A stretch of DNA of 64,000 bases from Callorhinchus milii (taxonomy: Eukaryota), in assembly GCF_018977255.1 (NCBI RefSeq), contig NW_024704745.1, positions 11,408,001-11,472,000 on the forward strand, given 5' to 3'. Both the position numbers and the translations under genes were made by a program. Below are positions 40,564 to 53,114 of the stretch, piece by piece. Within the stretch, counting starts at the first letter, position 1, and each line of letters starts with the position of its first letter. Under the pieces are notes generated by a model. That model had not been told where the DNA came from. It made no database searches and was given only the letters and a program-made list of their open reading frames with translations.

Positions 40564-43500
40564 CTGATAAAAAAGCATAGAATGGGCTGTTTTAGATTCA
40601 GCTGTACTGAGTTTGCAAAAAGAAAATATAGAATCGCAGATTGTTACAGCACAAAAAAACAGTTTATTCAACCCGTCAATTCAGCCCTTGGTGCTCCCTG
40701 GTAACATAGCCAGGAGAAGAGTGGTGGAGACCCAGTTTAGTATGGCAAAGTTGTGAAGGCACTGCTAGCAAGAGGCACTCTTCCTGTATAACTATAAATA
40801 CAGCACCTTTATTGTTATAAAGTCCAAGGATTATTTTTTTCAAGCAGTTATTTGCACCATAAAAATACCACAAACAAGAGGATCTGAATTAATTAATCAA
40901 TGAATCTGGAGGATTATGCTCAGGATATAAATTCCCTTTTCCTTTCAAACAGTGCCAGCAGCAGGTGGGGTGAACACAGTAAACATGACAAATAAAGTGT
41001 TGCCCCTCAAAGTATAAGCTACAGGTCAAATAACCCTCAGGTTTAAAAATACTCTTAGGTTTTGCACCTATTGAAAACGAATGGAATTAAGCCCCCTCAA
41101 TCAGCATGAATATTGAGGCTCAAGATTGACTTTTTACATTGAAGTAGGGCCTGTGAGAAACCACAAACAGGAAAACATCCTCTTATTTCCTGTTCTACTT
41201 TCTGTTTCAAGCTTAAGAGGTCAGTAAGAAATTGCAAATTCCAATATCGGTGACGTATCAATAGTCCATTTAAAATAGAGCAGATGTCAAATGTAAAAAG
41301 TTTTGAATGATACAAAAACCAACTATATAATAACTATATAATAATAAAACTATGATCAAACAAGGGATGGAAGATTATAATTTATACATATTGTAAAGAT
41401 GTCTCAATTATAAACCTTTTGAGCTTGCACTGTCCGTCCCTTTAGGAAAACAATAAAATAATATAATAAAAATTGTATTTGATATACAGCACTTTTCACG
41501 TCAGGGAGAACTTCTCAAAGCAGTTCACAGGATTTAATCTAAGGTGTGGTGACTGTATTTTGTAGCCGAATTTGTAGTCTAATCCCTCCCCACCCCTTTT
41601 GGCTCTCACCTGCCAAACACTGGTATCCAGCCAGCAGTGACGAGCACTTTGACATTTCCTCCCAATTATGAATGGTGCTATTTAAATGTAAATGGTGTTA
41701 TAATTCTACCTCCATTTCAACAAGAAAGGGCTATACCTGTGCTTGACAATGCAGAAAAGGTTAGGGATCGATATTGTGAGATCAATACCGAGAGTGAAAA
41801 ACAAACAGTTATATTTTTCACTCTCAGTATCGATGGATGGAAACATAAGTAAGCAGCACAGAGATCTGAAGGAAACCTCAAGCAGTGAGGTTGAGGAGGA
41901 GGTGTCTAAAGAGGACAGCGAGGCTGGGAAGAGAAAAACTTGATGCAACAAACTGGCTAGGCATTGCTTGAAGCTGGAGAACATAGGGACATAGACACAG
42001 GCAAACGCCAATTGATCTATTGAGCCTGCTCCACCACAGAAGATCTTGCATTTTAAGGCATTAACTTCAATGCCAAGGCAATGAAGATTCTTGACATCTC
42101 AGGTCTTCAGCATTTCTGTTCAGTCAGTCATGGTCAGTCTTCATTTTTAAACTGGATTATTCAAAGCCTTAACAATAATTTTTGTTTGTATTTGAGATTA
42201 CATTTGGTTCTTGTCAACATGACCCCAATAGAGTGCAATTTCCACCGCCGTTGTGTATCGCAAAGACTGTTTTAACTCTTTGTATGTCCTGAGAGATGTT
42301 GAAACAGATGTGCACTGACCATAATCCAATTCAGTCTAGTGATATTAGAATTCACCATCCATTTAAATTGTCCGTTACCATCTCTAGTATAATCACAGAA
42401 TCCAATAGCGCAGAACGAGGCCATTCAGCCCATCGTATCTATGCTGGTTCTTTGAAAGAGCTGCCCAATTTGCCCCACTCCCCCGCTCTTTCCCCAAGTA
42501 AATATCTTCTGAACTCGAGTCCATGTCTTCCCCCCTCGACCCCTCCCCAACCCATTGCAGATTTGTTGGCCACGTTAAATGCTTTATGAAGGTTCAGTTT
42601 ATCTCGTTTTTTTTCACGTACAGCAAGTGCACACTGATTTATCGCTCTGAAGAAACAAAAGATATTCACGTGCATTCGTTACCAAAGACGTCTTTACAGG
42701 CCCCAGATGTATGTAGCATACTCCTACTCCCTGTGGTTAGGTGGGGGGCCAGGCATGCACCAGTGGTGTTGTTTTCATGTTGATTTTTTTTTGATAAATT
42801 TTCCACTCTGACGTATCTACTCTTGGCTCTACTACTTGTACCAAAAAGAACTGTACACTGCACAAAACCTTATCAACGGAAGAAACTACAGATGAACAGA
42901 TGGCTGAAACTACAAAATACAGATGAACCACCTCCCCTCCCCTCGTGGGGAAGAGAAACAAAAGGTTTGACTTTGGCAGGTCCATTAAGGAACAACAACC
43001 TTCTGTTTTAATGTTTTCCAATTGATTTGCGCTTACCATCCGGGCTGTTAATTGGATCGCCCAGAAAGAAATGAACTTCTTCATTTGCCACATTGTCCTC
43101 ATTAATCAAATGGGTTGTTGTTGATATGAACACAAGAGGTGTCTAGCTTGTAGGACCTTGTGGGAATGTCTCAATTAACTGCTTCAAATCTATCCTGAAG
43201 TGTTAGTGTACTTTCAATTGATGAAAAATGGATGATGTATTATGGTTATAGTCTCCAGTATTCCTTGAAAGCAGTTCAATTTCTACACATAAGTACAGGA
43301 ACAGAAGGAACCCATTCAAGCCATCGAGCTTGCTGTAGTTTATTAGTTCATAACAGACCTTTTAATACCATTTCTAGAGTGGGATAAGTGTATGAAATCT
43401 TACAGCAAAGCCCTGTTATATCATGGGATTCATACTGCCTATATCTGGGTGTGATTGACAGTCAGTGCTTCCACAATCACTTTGCATGGGTACTATAAAA

Positions 43501-43747
43501 ATGCAACTTTTCCTTTTTTTAAAACCACGTCTCCTCTCTCCACACTGCCTCCCAACCACACCCCATGCATATAGGTGCACTCTTTGTAATGTCGTGAACT
43601 TGACACGTAAGATAGACGTGTAAGTAGAGTGGAGATTGCTACTTCATCATTTCAGCATCTTCATCTTTAAAGTTATCACTGTATAAGCTTTTGCTCGTCG
43701 TGAGCGCTGTTGTTTCACAAACTGCAGTAGAAGATGAAATACATTAC

Positions 43748-43828
43748 CCGCTTTCCAGCTCCAGCCTCTGCATCTTGGCCGGAAAAGGCAAGACTTGAAT
43801 ATTGATCCTTATCCTGATTCCGCAGGGT
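43748..43828 (-). CDS. CD247: CD247 exon 4, completes ITAM1
   Basis: ttacag|ACC...CGG|gtaat; 81 nt; TLRNQDKDQYSSLAFSGQDAEAGAGKR; ITAM1 = YQTL-x7-YSSL. Confidence 0.94.
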
Positions 43829-44029
43829 CTGTAAAGTATACAGAGGTCACTGTTACTACCACCACAAATGAGAGAAAATCTGTGCTGGAAATGTATTGCC
43901 AAAGTGATTCTGCATTGCTTCTGACGCAAAGCAATGTGGAGCAGGCAACCGCACTCACATGTTCCACTCCAGAAACTAGCATCCCCTGGGAGCAGAGTAT
44001 GTTCTACTAACTGATTTTATTAAAAAAAT

Positions 44030-44530
44030 AAGTCACAAGATCAAAAGATCATAAAGATTGGTTTGAATGAAGAAGACCCTTTGGCCCATTCTTCATCTCA
44101 TCCTTCAGAATTTTATGCGTTTCGTCCTCAAAATATAGTCAATTCACTTTACAGTATATTCTGTGAAGCACTTTGAGATGTCCCAATGATGTGATAAGGC
44201 ACTATATCAAATGCAAGGATTATTATTATTATTATCCAATCCTACTCTCAGCATTGAGCTATTTTTTAAATGAGTTCAGTGTCTGGACCCTCCTTTCTGG
44301 TAACCCCCGTTCCAGCTATTAATTACCTTCTTGGTAAAGAAATAATTCCAGGTGTCTGTCCTGAAATGGCCCAATTGCAACTCCGAACCTGTGTTCTCTC
44401 TGTCCTAATGCCCCAACGCATCTGAAAGCAATGTTCAGGGTCTACTTTTTCAATCCCATTTAGAATCTTGTTCACCTCTATAAAATGATCTCTGGGATGT
44501 CTTGTTTCAAGGCCAAAAGCCCTAGCTAAG
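44030..44530 (-). mobile_element. CR1-clade LINE 3' fragment interrupted by a SINE tail
   Basis: gaagaagaccctttggcccattc tail; caatcccatttagaatcttgttcacctctataaaatgatctc is the reverse complement of RT C-terminal GDxIEVxKILNG; related to 47085-47720 and 62270-62720. Confidence 0.7.
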
Positions 44531-45075
44531 CTAATCGTTTGTTGCTCAAGTTATTAAAGACTGGTTCATGACTAGTATTTTAATAAATATCAGATAAAGT
44601 TTAAGGGAGGTTCGATAGATTTTCAGACTTATTTTTGTAACATTTAAAGCTTAAAAGTTATTGGTTGAACTCTGTTGTAGTACAAACCAAATTCATACTA
44701 CAAATAATAAATTGATTTGATTCCTGTTGTTTTGAGAACTGGGTTCAGAATCAAAGCGATTCATTCAAGTGTTGAACAACAACACTTCTCCACTGGAGGG
44801 GGGAAATCAACAGTCTAAATCCCAACAGGATTTATAAATGATCAGTAAATATTGAACCCTACCAGTATTTGATTGTGTGTACAGGAACTGTGCTCTGATG
44901 CAATCTCCTTTGGGGTTTAATATGGTCCTGGCAGTGGCTCTTGTTTTCTGATTCAGAGTTTAAACCCTTTGTCATGCTGCTGTGATCAATATTTGCACCG
45001 TTTGCCAAGGGAAGAATAATAACCACCTTTGCGACACAAATCTTCATAGCTTAGAGGTTTAAAACAACGACTTAC

Positions 45076-45144
45076 TTGATATTGGTCTTCTATGTTCGGT
45101 GTGCTTCCAGCAGCATCTCCAGGCTTGTTCTTTACCTTGGTAAA
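45076..45144 (-). CDS. CD247: CD247 exon 3, first half of ITAM1
   Basis: ttcacag|TTT...CAA|gtaag; 69 nt; FTKVKNKPGDAAGSTPNIEDQYQ. Confidence 0.93.
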
Positions 45145-45719
45145 CTGTGAAAACAAAATAGTAAAACAAATTTTGCAGTAAGTCCTGCAGTTTTCTATCT
45201 CTTAGGCCTGTTTAAGTCTATTGCTGCTACGTCCATTAAAACAGCTCGGGGATACAAATCTGGAACTATGCTCCTGATCCGTCAAAAACTAACTATAGAC
45301 AAAGCATGTTATTTTATTTAAAGAGACATGTCATCCCACCCAGCCCCAGACTGTATTTGCCTTAATTGTAAACGGTGCAGAATTGTGGAAAATTCTTAAA
45401 TTCAGTCACAAGTTGAAAGCCGAAGGATAACAACCAGTGACGTAATGAAAGGATAGCTGTTTTTGTGAGGCAACAGCTGGGTCTTTTGAATCTGGTGCAG
45501 TTCGGATTCCTGTGGTGGTTTGGAGAATACCAGCTAAACTCAACTTTTAAAGTTTAAACTCCACTTTAAAGGTTATGGTTGATAATTATCACATCAGCAC
45601 GTTTTTCAACACATTGTATGTGCAGAGGCAAGGTTGTCAACGTACTGCACTGACACGCAGAGAATCACCCTTAAACACCTTCATAGCTGAATAGTAACAT
45701 GCAATGTTAAGCAACTTAC

Positions 45720-45823
45720 CCTCAATTTAAGGTACAGTGCAGTGATTATAATCCCATAGATAAAAAGAATTCCATCCAAAATATAGCAGAGTTTGGGGTC
45801 AGTCAGGGTCATTGCGTCAGCAT
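45720..45823 (-). CDS. CD247: CD247 (CD3 zeta) exon 2: short ectodomain and transmembrane helix
   Basis: ctgacag|AT GCT...AGG|gtaagt; 104 nt; (x)[34 protein letters not shown], with the dimerising Cys and the acidic TM Asp. Confidence 0.97.
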
Positions 45824-47084
45824 CTGTCAGAATAGGAAAAGAATCTAGTCAATGATTTGCTTTGATTGATAATCATATTACTTGTATTTGATAAAGCGAC
45901 TCAACACATCGAAATGTCTGACATTGGCTGCCACCTTGGCCTAGAAAGTATACAATCACTTAACTTTACAGTAAATCCTGCGAAGCTCTTTGAGATGTTC
46001 TCCTAACTTTCTATCATGAAAGCTAGAGGCTGGAAGGTTTATGGGGCTAGTGCAGGGCAATGAAATTGAAAGTATAGCTAGTGCAGACCCCACGGGTCGT
46101 ATGGCCTCCTCCTATTTTTAGCTGTTTAGATCTGGCCCAAAATTGGATAATATTGATAGTTCACTTCAAACCATGGGTCAGACTCAAATCCAGGACAATT
46201 AATTCATCCTGCAAGTGATTGCTTCTACTATTAAAATTTACTCTGGGTGCTTTAGTTTTACACATTGTTCTTTTGTTTTAATAATAATCCATCCATTAGA
46301 TATAACGTCTCATCACGTCTTTGAGATGTCTCAAAGTGCTTCACAGAATATATTGTAAACTGGATTGATGTATAAATATTTTTGGAAAATTTACAGGGTA
46401 TTTTGGGTGAATTTGTCTCGGGACCATATATAGCTCAACACCAACTTCTGGAAATTATTCCTTTATGCGTGCACAATTGTTACTATCCTATGCTAATCAT
46501 CCTTTTGAGAATGCTATATAAACAGAAATAAGGGCAAACTTCAGACCTAGATCCACCGGAACGAGTTTCATGCTGCCTGCATTGTCCCTGGGCTCTCACT
46601 GCTATTTACAGAAAATCCTGTGAAGCATTTTGATCTTTCATCCCTATAAACAAGCAGTGTATGTTATAAGGATTCCATTAGTCTGGACTGGGTTACACGG
46701 CATGTCATAGAAATGATAGAACAGCTTGCTTAGCATCTTATGCCATCTGTTTGCATATCTTGGTCTTTGTCACAGCGTTTGAAGAAAAGTCTACAAAAAA
46801 AATTAGTTGCATTGATGTCTGTTTCTCTCCCTTTCCCCCTCCTCCCCCACCATTGCTCCACCAAGATTATATTTCTGATTAGCAGTACGGTAGATTACAA
46901 ATGCAATGATTTTGGTAAGGTACAAAAACAAATAAAATGTGATTTGAAAATAGTTTACTGTACAAATTAATGGAAAATCAAGTGTGGTAGATTAGAAGCT
47001 GTTTATGGTATTTACTGAATACGGATGGTTAACTCAGTCAGTTAACTCATTATATCACAAGGTAACTAGCTTTTTTTGATAAAA

Positions 47085-47720
47085 TCACAAGATCAGATTG
47101 GATGAAGAAGATCCTTTGGCCCATCTTATCCCTCCAGAGCACTCACCCTATTGTCTTCTCATCACAACATCAAGATACTTTTTAATGAGTTCAGTGTCCT
47201 GACCTTTACCAGCTTCCTGGCAACCTGTACTATTTGTTAATTACTTTCCTGGATTAAGAAAAACTTAAAATAATAAAAATCCTTGCATTTGATATTGCAC
47301 TAAGCGTTTCACAAAATATACCGTAAAGTGAATTGACTATATTCTGTGGGCGAAATGCATCAGCCGATTGCAAGCATCAGTATCCCGCAAACTGTCGTGG
47401 ATTGAGTGACCAATTTATTATTTTTTTAAGGAATTATTACTCCCGGAAAAGCGATCCGCCAATCGACTAACAACCGGTTCCTACTTACTGCTAGGTAAAC
47501 AGAAGTGTTAAGTTGCTCAACGTTTCGCCCTACTAGGAATCAAACTCAGGTCCTCTCACTTGCGAGATGAATGCCACTAAGCTGCAGGACTTCCTGGTAT
47601 CTGTCCTGAAATTGCCCTTTGAAGCTCTAAATCTATGTCCAACTGTCTTGGTGCAACCTAAAGTATTGTTCTGGGTTTACTTTTTCAAATCGAGTTTACT
47701 TTTTAATCCCATTTAAATAA
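47085..47720 (-). mobile_element. CR1-clade LINE 3' fragment with nested SINE A
   Basis: Shares blocks with 44030-44530 (ttttaatgagttcagtgtc, tatctgtcctgaaattgccc). Confidence 0.68.
47269..47594 (-). mobile_element. SINE family A, near full length, nested in a CR1 fragment
   Basis: Same head, body and tail; CR1-like sequence continues on both sides. Confidence 0.88.
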
Positions 47721-50154
47721 CATTTACATCTTTGTAATAATAATAATAATCCTTACATTTAGTATAGCACCTTTTACGTCAGGAGGATCTGTCAAAGCAG
47801 TTCACAGGATATACAACTGTGTTTCGCCCAGAAAATACACAGTCACTACCCTTTCGATAATATTCTGTGAGGTGCTTTGAGATTTCTCAACAACGTGAAA
47901 AGGCGCTAAATAAAATGCAAGGATTATTATTATTATATTACAGCGAAATGTTGTGACGTTGTATTTTATAGCCACTCACGTAAATAACCTTTTAAGAAAT
48001 TCTTCATCAAAAGTAAATTTAAATGGTACAGTTTGGGTGACCAATTAATTAGCAAAACTAATTATCAAAGGAAAGCAATTAACTAATAGTCCTCTTAATC
48101 CCACTTCCTACAATGGAGTGATTTCCTTACAAAAACCCTTTAAAATTATCGAACCTTTAATAAGATATGACATTTTACACTGAATAAGAAAGTGCAATGA
48201 TCATACAATTCAGGTTTGCTTGATCCTTCCATTAATGTTACAAGAACTCAATTGTATGAAATGTAATTTATCTTTAAATTATATATTTGTGTTGCTGGAT
48301 TCATTATTTTATGGTAATAATCCGTGCATTTGCATTTGAATGCTTTTCACATCAGGAGGATTTCTCAAAACACTTCACAGGATTTACTGTAAAGTGTAGA
48401 GACTGGGTGTTTTGTAAGCGAAGTAACCAAAATATTAGTTTGGTTTTCCAGACGTAAAGTGAGAACTGATTCTTCATATATGCAGTGGTTACTTTATAAA
48501 GAGAACAAAAGTACATTTCAAAGCTCTTCAACAAAGCTCAATACATTGTATTGTCAATACCAACCACATCCTTTCAGAAGTTAATGCTGTTTTGTCTCGT
48601 TCTGGTTCCTGAACTATAAGCCTTTTTAACCTGTGGTCTTTTATTTCAACATGTCCATCAGCATGGCCGGAAATACTATGTCAAAATGTTAATTTCAGAG
48701 TATGAGGCAGGCCATGTGTTCAAGCTGATTAGACAGCTTTCGTATGGGTCTGTGCTGAATTAACGGACCTCAGATTGGCAGCACAGAACTTTCTATTCTG
48801 GGTCAGGGAAGGAAAGATCATCCAGGGTTAATATCTGATGTGCACAGCAGTTCATGCATAAATGAAAACATACTTTCCAAGAAATATGCACATTCCACTT
48901 CGATGGCTTCATAGCTCGGTTTCATTTTCGACTAAGAACTGCATTTCATAATGTGGTAAAATGAAAAGAACGGTTCCTTCCACCACTTGGAATGGGGCCC
49001 ATGAGAGTATGAAAACAACATGTGGTGTTCTTCAAACTATCACAAGTCAGGCATGCTTCAGTGGGAAATTGTATAACAGCTTGCAAATCTGGGACTCTTC
49101 CTCCTCGTCTCCAATCCAACTGAAAACGCTAGGCAGAGTCCTCCAAAAGGAGGCAAGACTTAGTACCTGGCGGAGTTGGTCCAGGGCTGCAACTTTCAGG
49201 CTCTGAGCCACTCTGACATTGAAGGCATCACAATCTCCTGCATGTGTATCACACTTTTACCCGCAGGAAAACATCTCAAAAGAGATTCATAGAGAAACTG
49301 TGCTCAAAGAATCAAAGGCTATGTAGAAAAAAAGTCTATCTCCTCCTTATTTAGACTTCGAGTCAGATAACTCAAATCGACAAGAGTGGGGACCACAAAA
49401 TCCCAACTCCACATTGCTACCATAAAGAATTGTTTATCCACCAGTCACATTGCTGACAAATGCCATACAGTTACTAAATGAACCCTGTGTGCTGCAGTGG
49501 TGCTTGCTGCCCTGGAAGGACATCTCCTCTGTGCAGGGGAATAGGCCATGTCACAAGTAGAAGACAGATTCTCGTGTGTTGAGGTGACTTCTAATTTATT
49601 GAGATTCCTTAATGAGGAATCCAAGTCATTCAATTGAGGACTTCTTCCAGTAAACCAAACTATGTCACATGACCATTGGGAATACCTACACCACCAGATT
49701 TTAATTCCAGAGGGCAAATGGGATTAGAACCACTACGAAATAGGGTAAATTATAGCCCAATGTTACACTGGTAGTTAAAATAATATTTGGAATAGAATAT
49801 AGGGGACTGAGATCTGTGTGATTCACACCCGCTGTGTTATACAGTGTGTGTGTGAGTTTCAGCACTCCTGACACCACCTCCAGCTATTGGTGTCAGGAAA
49901 GAGGCTCCAGTGAAATTCGCCGCCCGCTTTATACTCAGGCAGACAGGCAGCATAAACACAGCATTAGATTCTTTACCAGCAGCGGCTGAAATTGACCACA
50001 AAGGTAAGTTTGACCTATGGGAGGGAGGGCTGGCAGTGCAGTGAGCCCAGAGAGGACTGAACCTGGTTCCGACACTCAATAATAATCTTTGCGTTTGATA
50101 CAGCGCCTTTCACATTGAGAGGACATCTCAAAGAGCTTCACAGGGTCTAGGATC

Positions 50155-50450
50155 GTGAGGCAAGTTTCCTTACTCCACCTGTCACTGTTCAATTAGTAGT
50201 AAGTAGGACTTGGTTTTTAGTCGATTTGCGGATCGCTTTTGCTGGGGTAATAATCCCTTCAAAAAAAAATTAATAATGGTAATCTGGTCACTCAATCCAT
50301 GACTATTTGTGGGACACTGCTGTGTGAAATTGGCTGCTGCGTTTAGCCTACAAAATATACAATCAATTCATTTTACAGTATATTTTGTGGAGTGCTTTGT
50401 GACATCTTGAAGAAGTGATAAGGCACGATTTCAAATGCAAGGATTATTAT
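50155..50450 (+). mobile_element. SINE family A, head-truncated
   Basis: Starts at ggcaagtttccttactcc and ends aaatgcaaggattattat. Confidence 0.85.
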
Positions 50451-50589
50451 GACTTACACACATCTTCTCCTACACACACCTTGCTAACTCAGACCTGCTG
50501 CTCATTCCCCCACCCCACCGTCACTGTGCCACCATCAGTGATCGAGCCTTCAGTCATTACACCCCTAACCTTGAAAATTTAGAATCACA

Positions 50590-50830
50590 GGTGGATGTTA
50601 AAGATCCCATGGTACTATTCCAAAAGAGGAAGTTTTTCCTGGTGTCCTGACCAACAATCCCCCAAATAAAATTGGTCGCTCATTCCATGGCTGTTTGTGG
50701 GACATTGCTGTGCACAACTGGCTGCCGCGTTTCGTCCACAAAATTCACAGACACTCTCCACTTTACAGTATATCCTGTGAAACACTTTGAGATGTCTGAT
50801 GAGGTGCTATATCAAATGCAAGGATTATTG
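50590..50830 (+). mobile_element. Deu-domain SINE (family B) 3' portion
   Basis: caggtggatgttaaagatcccatggtactattcc...aaatgcaaggattatt. Further copies at ~51760-51945 and ~52855-53040. Confidence 0.78.
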
Positions 50831-51015
50831 TAACCTCTGGAATTCCCTCCCTCATACTCCTCCCCCATCTGTCTTCAAATCTTGCCTTAAAACCTACCAA
50901 CTTCAATCGTACCTATTGTCACCTCCGGCGCTCTCGTTCTCAGCGTCTGACCACTGTGAAGGGCTACGAGATGTTATCCTTTGCGGGCAGCTCTCTATAT
51001 ATGCAAGTTGTTGTT
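50830..51015 (+). mobile_element. L2 3' fragment
   Basis: LWNSLP...SVFKSCLKTY; tail ctatatatgcaagttgttg. Confidence 0.7.
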
Positions 51016-51947
51016 TGTTGTTGCTCACCAGCTCCCAGAGCTGCAGATGCCTCACATTGAGTTACTGAGCTTTGCTCTACTTCATAGAGAGCTGACTGCA
51101 AGTGATCCATTTGCCTTCCTAATCATATCACTGAGCAAACGATATCATTCTTGCGATTGGGGGTAAAACTTATCCCCTCATCCAGAGAGTTGGCTTTTAA
51201 AAGTGTACAAAGACATTCACTGTTTTGACTAAACCGTCGCTCTGCATGAATAAACACATCGAGTTAAATAATGAATCGTTTCGGCAGTTTGTGAAATTTT
51301 AATTTTAAAACTGCGATTGATATCTATTTTCATATCAAAGGAAGGGATGTGGGATCTGGAGGCAGTAATAGTACAGTATGAATACAAACATACTGTTAAG
51401 TTTTCATAAACCTGGTGATGGTGAGGCACGTTGCTGATAACTTAATCTCTTTATCTAGCGCTAACCCTTCTTGGCTGTTGCATCTAAATTAACAGAAGTA
51501 ATCTGGTGGATGTAATATGAATAAAATGTTGCACTTTGGTGAGATTATATCTGTCGGTGAACTATATTTAAGAATATTTTTCTGAATGTTCTTCACCGGG
51601 TGAAAATTGCAATTTGTGATGTGATAAATACCATATTTTACCCTCCCTGTCCCATTGTTTCCTTTGAACTCACGCAGTCTAGTGTGTGACACTCCAATGT
51701 AGTGCAGTGTTGCATGCTGTTCTGTGAATGAGATGTTAAATGAGATGTTCTGCATATTCAGATGGAAAATAAAGTTCCCATAGCACTACTTGAAAAGAGA
51801 AGGGACTTTCTCCTGATGTCCGGGCCAGTGATTCCTCCAAATAAAATTGGTCGCTCACTTCATGGCTGATTTGTGGGATATCGCTTTGTGCATATTTGCT
51901 GCCACATAAGCCTACAAAACACAGTCGCTACACTTTATTAGATAATC

Positions 51948-52310
51948 ATAATAATAGTCCATGCATTTGATATAGTGCCTTATCACATCTCAAAGCGCTT
52001 CACAGAATATACTATAAAGTGAATTGACTATTTTATGGGCGAAACACAGCAGCCAATTGAGCACAACAAAGTCCTGCAAACAGTCATGAATTGAGCAACC
52101 AAATTATTATTTTGTTTTGAGTTGATTATTACCCTCGGAAAAGCGATCCGCTAATCGACTAACAACCTGGTTAATCGACTAACTAACTGCTGGGGAAACA
52201 GAGGTGTGTGGAGTATGGAAATTTGCCCAGTGTGTCGCCCTGCCTGGGAATTGAACCCAGGTCCTTTTGCTTGCAAGGTGAGTGTTCTAACCACTAAGCT
52301 ACAGGACTCC
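51948..52310 (-). mobile_element. SINE family A, full length
   Basis: Tail through tRNA head (..ccactaagctacaggactcc); small internal duplication of taatcgactaac. Confidence 0.9.
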
Positions 52311-53114
52311 AGATATAAAAATATTTCGAGAGGAACATTTAATGTTTTACTGCATTAACTGATACTAACTAGGTCAGAGCTTAACAGAGTTTGGACAGGG
52401 CAGTAGGCAGAATTGAACTGTAGGCCCGTGGTACGGAGTGACTGAGCTCAGAGAGAAAGAAATGCATTTTCGTTAAGCACCCTCCCTGCCTCAAACACTC
52501 CTGTGTTCCTGATAGCACCCGTTCTTCTCATGTCAAAATCTTTTTCTGGCTAACAAACAGGAAAAAACAAGAATCAGCATTCAAATAGGTGGTTTTGATG
52601 GGTCTTTCAGCATTTGTCACTGCCAAAAATAACTTAATCTTATTGTTTGATTTCAGTCTAAGGCCATCATTCATCACTAACATTTGATAGCAAATGAGCA
52701 TTTTTTTTTTGGTGCCAACTGAATTGAAGTTAACAATGTTAATAAATAGCACATCGACTGGCCACTGGCCTCGCAGATTGGACACCCATCCTAACATCCT
52801 TCTCAAGAGAATTCAACCATGTCTGGCTTACAGGGCCCAATATTGGTGCTGGTGGGAATACTGGTTAGTAAGCAGGGGAGTAACACTGGAGTTTCTCACG
52901 TGTCCTGACTAACAATCCCCCAAATATAATTTGTCATTCACTTTGCAGCTGTTTGTCAGACCGTGCTGTGCGCAAATTGGCCATCATGGTCACCTGCAAG
53001 ATACACAATCACTACACTTTACAGTACATAATGGATTATTTATTTTATTTCTAAGTCCGAGCTTATCTAATCATTGCTCAAGTTATTCATGACGGGTTCG
53101 CAAACAGTCTCAGA

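Noticed and set aside
42610-42650. Possible extra CD247 exon (ttcttcag|AGCGATAAATCAG...|gtacgt)
   Set aside because: 25 nt is frame-breaking and has no Tyr motif; exons 4 and 5 already join in frame
48740-48850. ggtctgtgctgaattaa...gggaaggaaagatcatccagggtt, similar to ~57850 (ggtctgttctgagttagttgat); possibly an ancient third SINE
   Set aside because: Too short and degenerate to delimit or name without a repeat-library search
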